DNA from: a virus
Taxonomy: Duplodnaviria; Caudoviricetes
IMG/VR virus record: IMGVR_UViG_3300027256_000005
Coordinates: 1-39,372 of that record
Direction: 5' to 3' (one strand)
DNA length: 39,372 bases
Shown here one piece after another: positions 33,896 to 39,372 of this stretch. Under the pieces are notes generated by a model. It searched no databases, had not been told where the DNA came from, and was given only the letters and a program-made list of their open reading frames with translations. The position numbers were made by a program, and so were the translations under genes. Each line of letters begins with the position of its first letter. Positions within the stretch are counted from its first letter, which is position 1.

Positions 33896-36800
33896 ATGAT
33901 ACACAGGATAGACAGGGTGAATCCCGATGTGGACGACAGGGTGATAAAGCCTAACGAGGCACGGATGGCCGTGAACCTCCGTTTCGGAGCCTCCACAGAG
34001 GACACCAACCTTTCGGGAGGAACGCTCGTGTTGGGCAACACACAAATTCCTTTTGGAGCTCCCGCAGGCATTAACAAGGCTGTGGGAACGTATGCCGACC
34101 TTGAATCCAGGAACGTATTCTTTGCTATGTATAACAGCAACGGGAATCACGGTATCTATCGTATTTCCGTAGACCAATTGACAAAAAAAGACGTTGTCTA
34201 TCCTGTTGTACGGGGAGCGTGGCTGAACTTCCAATCAGACGATGCCTATAACGTGTCCATTACGGGCATAGACGGCAAGTTGTATTGGACGGACAATGTA
34301 AACGAACCTCGTATGGTGAATGTCGAAAAGGGCATTCGGACGCAAACAGGAGGAGCAGATGCCTATCCCATTGCGCCCATAGAGGATTGGTTCTATTCGC
34401 AAATCAAGAGGCCACCGGGGCAGCCGCTTGTCATTACGCCTATATTGGGACAAGAGGAACTTAGTAGTACATACACAAACAGAACTTTGACAGATACGGG
34501 CCTTCAGTTTTCGTATTACTATGTGTACGATAACTTTGAGGAGAGCCGTCTTGCTCCGTTTACGTTTAATAGCTATGCCGTCTATGATGTTACGCTGACA
34601 ATCCCTGAGCCTGAATTCTCCCAATACACAAAGTACACGCAGCTCATCAAGGCCATTGTAATTGTTGTTCGCAATGGGAATGATGGAACGTGGAGAGAGC
34701 TTGTTTACGAAACAAACACAGGAACAAAGAGTTCTTGGTTCTTTAAGAACATTCTTACAGCGGTTAAGAACATTGTGGCCTCGGACATTACGGATGCCCG
34801 ATTTGACAGCGTTCCGTTAAAGAGCGTAACAAACGAAATTGCTCAAAACAAAATCAATCACGGAAATTATATTCTTGATAATGATTTTGTGAGTGGGGTG
34901 TCTTTTGATGCCACCATAAGGCCAATAGTAGACATTATAACAGAGGGAGCGAATTTCCCCGTAGATAATGCCACCTACTATCTTAATTCATTTGTTCCTT
35001 GGGGAAGATACACAATAGGCTTAGAGTTTGTTGATAAATTTGGACGCACATATCCTGTAAATAACACAGTAGATGTGGTGGCTCCATATCTAAACCAAGA
35101 ATATCAAAATCTTGCAGGAACGTGGTATGCTCCAGGAAATAGAATAATGTTGGAAGTTGGGAATGAATATAAATATATAAACGTTCCAGTTTATCAGCAA
35201 GGCAAGGGAACGGCTGGCTCATATAATACCGTTGCAGAATACAAGATAAGAGGAACTTTACCATCTTGGGTTAGTCGAGTTAATGTTGTAAGAAGTAAGT
35301 CCAAGAACATTGTCAATATGCATCAAAGCATTGGGCAGATGTATCTATGGTATGAAACAGAAACTCAAGAGCCTCGTTTTTTTATTTGGGTACAAGGAAG
35401 GCTTGTTCAGTATAACATTCCCAATGATGCTACAACAAACAATCTAAACACCATTCAGGATGGAGGCAGTGCAAATAATCCAAAGTTTACATTTAAAGGA
35501 TATGTAATAAAATTTAACAACAATGAGCCATTTGTTCAAACAGATGGTCTTTATGTTACAATTTACCAGCCATATAGCCTTAATAGCCCAGCATTAAACT
35601 ATAGCAACCCAAGTGAATCTACAACAGATGTTGTTAATGACGTTGGGAGATTTTCAAATTATGTAAAATTTAAAGTTCATTTAATAGAATCAGATAGGAT
35701 ATACATCAAAACAGGCGACCCAATTGAAAGACACCCATTATTTGACACCGCCGTTAATCCTCTTTTTCAACCAAAACTTTTATATCTTACGCCATACTCT
35801 TTTCCTGTTGCTTGTTTTGATGTAGGCACATCAGGATTTGTAGAAGCATCTGACCCCGCAAACTATTTTCCGCTTATTTATAGCTTCACGCTTACACAAG
35901 AAACAAATATAGATGACCAAATTGTTTATGTAACAGAAGCGTCCTATAGTGCTCAAGAATATAACAGCCTTTCAGGCCCAAATGGGACTAATGAAATAAA
36001 AGGGTGGTTGAAGGGAGATGGTGCATTGTGCTTTGCAAGAAAAACATATCCTGCCGTAGAGGCCACTGTAAATATTTACCTGCAAGGGCAGATTGGGTAT
36101 GCGCCAGACCCTAAGCCCGTTATTTATTTTAATCAAAGAATCAGGCAGAATTCTTTTGGCTGGTACGGAACGTTCATTTCTATGTCGCCTCGTGACATTT
36201 ACGCACAGCAATGGAATCAAGACATAGGCCAACTTAACACCACAAACTATAAGGACTCTCAGAACAGAAGGCTTGCAAGCAACATTTGCTTCTCAGGCAA
36301 TCTCGTTCAGGGAACGCAAGTGAATGGCCTTAACAAGTTCAACTCCCTTGACTTCCGTCAGGCCCCTGCCGAGAACGGCCCCATCACCTCCCTTGTCACT
36401 ACGAATGCGACACAGAGAGAGCCCGGTGTTCTCCTTGCCATAGGAACGTTTGGGGTGAGTTCGTTCTATTACGATGCCATCCAGCTCACGAATGTGGACG
36501 GCACGAATAACGTAACAACAACGGATGCCTACCTCGCCTCACAGAGGCCGCTGCTTGGACAATACGGAACAACAAGGCCAATGAGCGTAACGAAGACACC
36601 TTTAGGCACTGTCTATTGGTGGAGCGATGTCGTGAACGATTTGATACGTTACACGAACGCAGGACTTGAAAGGCTTGGTAATACGTTCTCTTTTGCCAAC
36701 TTCCTCAGAAGAACGTACAATGACAATCCACTCTTGATTACTTGGTACGACCAAGTGACAGATGAAATCAATCTTCTTGGAAAGTCCCAAAGCACTTCCG

Positions 36801-37333
36801 TGTTCTCAGAGCGTTACAAAACATTTCAGGGGGTGAGGAGTTATTGGGACATAGGCCCGACAGGCCCTATTTATCCTGAACGTGCCATAGGACTTCCGAC
36901 AAAGCAATATTGGTTTGTAAACGGAAAGGTGTTTATGGCTGACGTGGAGGCGAGCAAGGTGAACGTCCCTGACAATTTCTTCTTTGGGTCGTTCCGTAAT
37001 CCACAAGTGAGCCTTGTGACAAACGAATCTCCTGCTGCCGTTAAGCGGTGGAATCAGGTGAAAGTGTTTGGCAACAAACCAACAGAGGTGAGCCTTGTTG
37101 CCCCCATTGATGACGGAGGCGAGTTGCGTTCCTCTATTTCCCCTAACTATTTCATAAGCAGAAAGGGAGACTGGGAAGCTGCTATACGCAGGGCCTCAAA
37201 CACCACGGGAGGATTGCTTGCAGGAAAACTTATGGAAAGTAGGATAATATATTCTAACTTTGCGTTTAGCGCAGAAGGCTTTGACAAGCTGAATTTCATA
37301 GAAGTGAAGAGTAACGTTTCAATAGTTCAATAA
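33896..37333 (+). CDS. Tail nozzle/muzzle (P22 gp10-like stabilisation protein)
   Basis: NPDVDDRVI...E.R.A.NLR, LYWTDNVNEPR..N, QFSY.YVY...EES, G.N.F......ENGPI, YG......SV, SRKG.W. Confidence 0.8.
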   Translation: MIHRIDRVNPDVDDRVIKPNEARMAVNLRFGASTEDTNLSGGTLVLGNTQIPFGAPAGINKAVGTYADLESRNVFFAMYNSNGNHGIYRISVDQLTKKDVVYPVVRGAWLNFQSDDAYNVSITGIDGKLYWTDNVNEPRMVNVEKGIRTQTGGADAYPIAPIEDWFYSQIKRPPGQPLVITPILGQEELSSTYTNRTLTDTGLQFSYYYVYDNFEESRLAPFTFNSYAVYDVTLTIPEPEFSQYTKYTQLIKAIVIVVRNGNDGTWRELVYETNTGTKSSWFFKNILTAVKNIVASDITDARFDSVPLKSVTNEIAQNKINHGNYILDNDFVSGVSFDATIRPIVDIITEGANFPVDNATYYLNSFVPWGRYTIGLEFVDKFGRTYPVNNTVDVVAPYLNQEYQNLAGTWYAPGNRIMLEVGNEYKYINVPVYQQGKGTAGSYNTVAEYKIRGTLPSWVSRVNVVRSKSKNIVNMHQSIGQMYLWYETETQEPRFFIWVQGRLVQYNIPNDATTNNLNTIQDGGSANNPKFTFKGYVIKFNNNEPFVQTDGLYVTIYQPYSLNSPALNYSNPSESTTDVVNDVGRFSNYVKFKVHLIESDRIYIKTGDPIERHPLFDTAVNPLFQPKLLYLTPYSFPVACFDVGTSGFVEASDPANYFPLIYSFTLTQETNIDDQIVYVTEASYSAQEYNSLSGPNGTNEIKGWLKGDGALCFARKTYPAVEATVNIYLQGQIGYAPDPKPVIYFNQRIRQNSFGWYGTFISMSPRDIYAQQWNQDIGQLNTTNYKDSQNRRLASNICFSGNLVQGTQVNGLNKFNSLDFRQAPAENGPITSLVTTNATQREPGVLLAIGTFGVSSFYYDAIQLTNVDGTNNVTTTDAYLASQRPLLGQYGTTRPMSVTKTPLGTVYWWSDVVNDLIRYTNAGLERLGNTFSFANFLRRTYNDNPLLITWYDQVTDEINLLGKSQSTSVFSERYKTFQGVRSYWDIGPTGPIYPERAIGLPTKQYWFVNGKVFMADVEASKVNVPDNFFFGSFRNPQVSLVTNESPAAVKRWNQVKVFGNKPTEVSLVAPIDDGGELRSSISPNYFISRKGDWEAAIRRASNTTGGLLAGKLMESRIIYSNFAFSAEGFDKLNFIEVKSNVSIVQ

Positions 37334-37334
37334 T

Positions 37335-37973
37335 ATGGCAGTAGAAAATTGGCAAATGCCCGCCATTGGAGCGGGAGCTGCCTTCCTTGGAAGCATTCCA
37401 CAAATGGTGGAGGCCCGCAGGCTAAAGAAAGAGAGAGACCGCCTTATGGCAGAAGGCTCTCCCGGCTTCACACCTATTGAACAAGAACAAATGGCTGCTG
37501 CCCGTGCAAGGGCGGCTTCTTCTCTTGCTCCGGGCTACGCTCAAGAAATGGAAGGCATTGCTCAACAGCAGGCCGACACGCTTGCCGCAGCCAAAAGGGG
37601 AAGCACAACAGGAAGCAATATGCTGAACGTTCTGTCAAGAATGAACGCACAAGGACAAGCTGCAAGGCGCAATTTGGCTATGCGTGGAGCTGCGGCTCAA
37701 CGTCAGGCACAAAGCGAACTCGGCTCAATGTCTATGGGAGCAGATGCAAGAAGAGTGCAGAGAGAACAACTAAGGGAACGTCAATTGTCCGCAATTGATG
37801 CTGCAAGAAGGCAATACGCTACAGAACCATTTATGGCTCCTTTGAAAGGGGCTATGGCCTTTATGCCTGCCGAGGGATTGAAGTTTAGTGGAGGAGGTAG
37901 GGACGTAGATGAATACGGAACTCCTGCTCCTTTTGGTATGTCAAGAAAAATGAGGCAGAATAAATATTATTAA
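37335..37973 (+). CDS. Putative small ejection/pilot protein
   Basis: Hydrophobic Gly/Ala N-terminus (AIGAGAAFLGSI) followed by an Ala/Gln/Arg coiled coil; follows the nozzle gene. Confidence 0.6.
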   Translation: MAVENWQMPAIGAGAAFLGSIPQMVEARRLKKERDRLMAEGSPGFTPIEQEQMAAARARAASSLAPGYAQEMEGIAQQQADTLAAAKRGSTTGSNMLNVLSRMNAQGQAARRNLAMRGAAAQRQAQSELGSMSMGADARRVQREQLRERQLSAIDAARRQYATEPFMAPLKGAMAFMPAEGLKFSGGGRDVDEYGTPAPFGMSRKMRQNKYY

Positions 37974-39372
37974 ATGTTCGCACCAGACCTATCCGTTCCG
38001 TTTGAAAAGAAGAAGTCGAAGGAGTTCGGGAAGGACTTTGCCTCCGGCCTTGAGTCTTGGCATCTGATGCAAATAGAAAGCCCCAACTTCCCTAAAAGGA
38101 GATGGGCAGAGAACTATCAATACGCACTCGGAGCGCAAACATATTTGCGTACCACTCAGCCAATAGACAATCTTGTAGGAACGGATAGTCAGACGCTCCC
38201 CGGAGCAGACCTCCGCAACATGAAGCTCACCTCCACAATCCTTGAGAGTATTGTAGGAAAGCTAAACAAGCAACGTTTCCGTCCGACAATTAGTATGATA
38301 GATGCGCTTGCTATGGATGAGCGCACGGACATGAAGGCCAAGATGGAACTTGCCATGTACCTCAAACAGCAGGGCATGGAGAGTGAGCAAATAATGCAGC
38401 AGATTGGCCTGTCTCCTGATGAAGTTCCAATGGACACAACGGAACTACAGATAATGATAGATTGTATGCCTCAATTCGTTGAGGAAATGAATCTTGAACT
38501 TGCCTTAAATAAAATAGGGCACGAGAATAGCCTTGACACCCTTGCTCGGATGGTGGACTATGACGATGCCATCACAGCCGTGAGGGGACATTACATTAAC
38601 AGAGTAAATGGGAAACGTCAAATTGAATGGCTTGACCCGCTTAATAGCGGTCATAGTATGTCCTTTTATCCTGATGGCCGTGACATTGTTTGGAGCTACA
38701 GAATACGGCCTGTTCCTGTTGAGCAAGTTCGCATCGAAGCGCAGGAAGACCTCACGGACGAGCAGCTAAACAATCTGAGGGGAGGCCAATTTAGCCTTCT
38801 CTACAATTGGCTGTTTTGGTGGAACTCTTCCAATCAACAGAACTATCTGACAACATTCACCAACACATATACAGACTATGTACTCGTTATGGACTTTGAG
38901 TTCGTTTCCACAGACCTACTCTACACAAATGTCAAGAACGGGAGGGCTTATAATGGATATACCAAAAAGACTCCCGGAAAAGATGGAGACGTATTCACAG
39001 CTAAAGTGCAGAACCTTTTCGGGGGGAAGTACATTTGTGGCTCTGGGTACATATACGACTATGGGGTTAAGGCTGGTGTACGCCAACCTATCGTAACCAA
39101 GAACGAGGATGCCTTCAAGGTGAATGCCTCTAAGGTGTATGGCTCGTTTGTATGGCATCATTCCTCTATGATAAGAGGAGAGAGCGTTTCCATCATTGAC
39201 AGAGCCAAGCCGCACATTGACGCAATTGAGGACACCTTCAAGAAGTTTAAGACATACGTTAAAGAATTCCTTCCTTGGATGATAAGGGTGGACCAAGATG
39301 CCTTGGCCGACCTTGCTATGAAGGAGGGGGATGACGTTACAGCAGAGGACTTAATGACCACGCTCCTTGAAA
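37974..39372 (+). CDS. Portal protein, truncated by the window end (absent from the ORF track)
   Basis: ATG 37974 reads MFAPDLSVPFEKKKSKEFG...YQYALGAQ...ILESIVGKL...IDALA; the same frame reads IRVDQDALADLAMKEG at the end. Both match crAss-like portal patterns. The middle was not translated codon by codon. Confidence 0.8.
   Translation, partial: MFAPDLSVPFEKKKSKEFGKDFASGLESWHLMQIESPNFPKRRWAENYQYALGAQTYLRTTQPIDNLVGTDSQTLPGADLRNMKLTSTILESIVGKLNKQRFRPTISMIDALAMDERTDMKAKMELAMYLKQQGMESEQIMQQIGLSPDEVPMDTTELQIMIDCMPQFVEEMNLELALNKIGHENSLDTLARMVDYDDAITAVRGHYINRVNGKRQIEWLDPLNSGHSMSFYPDGRDIVWSYRIRPVPVEQVRIEAQEDLTDEQLNNLRGGQFSLLYNWLFWWNSSNQQNYLTTFTNTYTDYVLVMDFEFVSTDLLYTNVKNGRAYNGYTKKTPGKDGDVFTAKVQNLFGGKYICGSGYIYDYGVKAGVRQPIVTKNEDAFKVNASKVYGSFVWHHSSMIRGESVSIIDRAKPHIDAIEDTFKKFKTYVKEFLPWMIRVDQDALADLAMKEGDDVTAEDLMTTLLE

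Noticed and set aside
1-39372. Stop-codon reassignment, as in some crAss-like phages
   Set aside because: Genes are intact and tightly packed under the standard code; TAG, TGA and TAA all end coupled genes.

Overview
This window is a ~39 kb fragment of a tailed dsDNA phage, probably podovirus-type, whose terminase, ring, nozzle and portal genes resemble those of crAss-like Bacteroidota phages. A Bacteroidota host is indicated by repeated intergenic TAnnTTTG (-7) promoter elements and A-rich start regions. Order on +: small accessory genes (DUF3310-type, metallophosphoesterase, HExxH zincin, cysteine-free orphans); a structured RNA leader; replication initiator with an internal origin-like site; primase-SF4 helicase; NinB-like; HNH; MazG-like; GroES plus a GroES-like paralogue; a cascade of overlapping ORFs; large terminase. 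An inverted four-gene methyltransferase/glycosyltransferase cassette follows. Then come three putative head-tail ring proteins, large putative ejection proteins (one with an embedded C5-cytosine methyltransferase) flanking a ferritin gene, the tail nozzle, a small ejection protein and a truncated portal gene that the ORF track missed. Most notable: (i) a possible DNA-delivery system combining a C5-MTase, lone terminal cysteines and TonB-box-like motifs; (ii) a C4/CI-like antisense RNA leader ahead of the replication genes, plus anti-start-codon tracts beside terminators; (iii) a GT9-like enzyme split across two genes. All family assignments come from reading motifs by eye; no database searches or folding computations were run.
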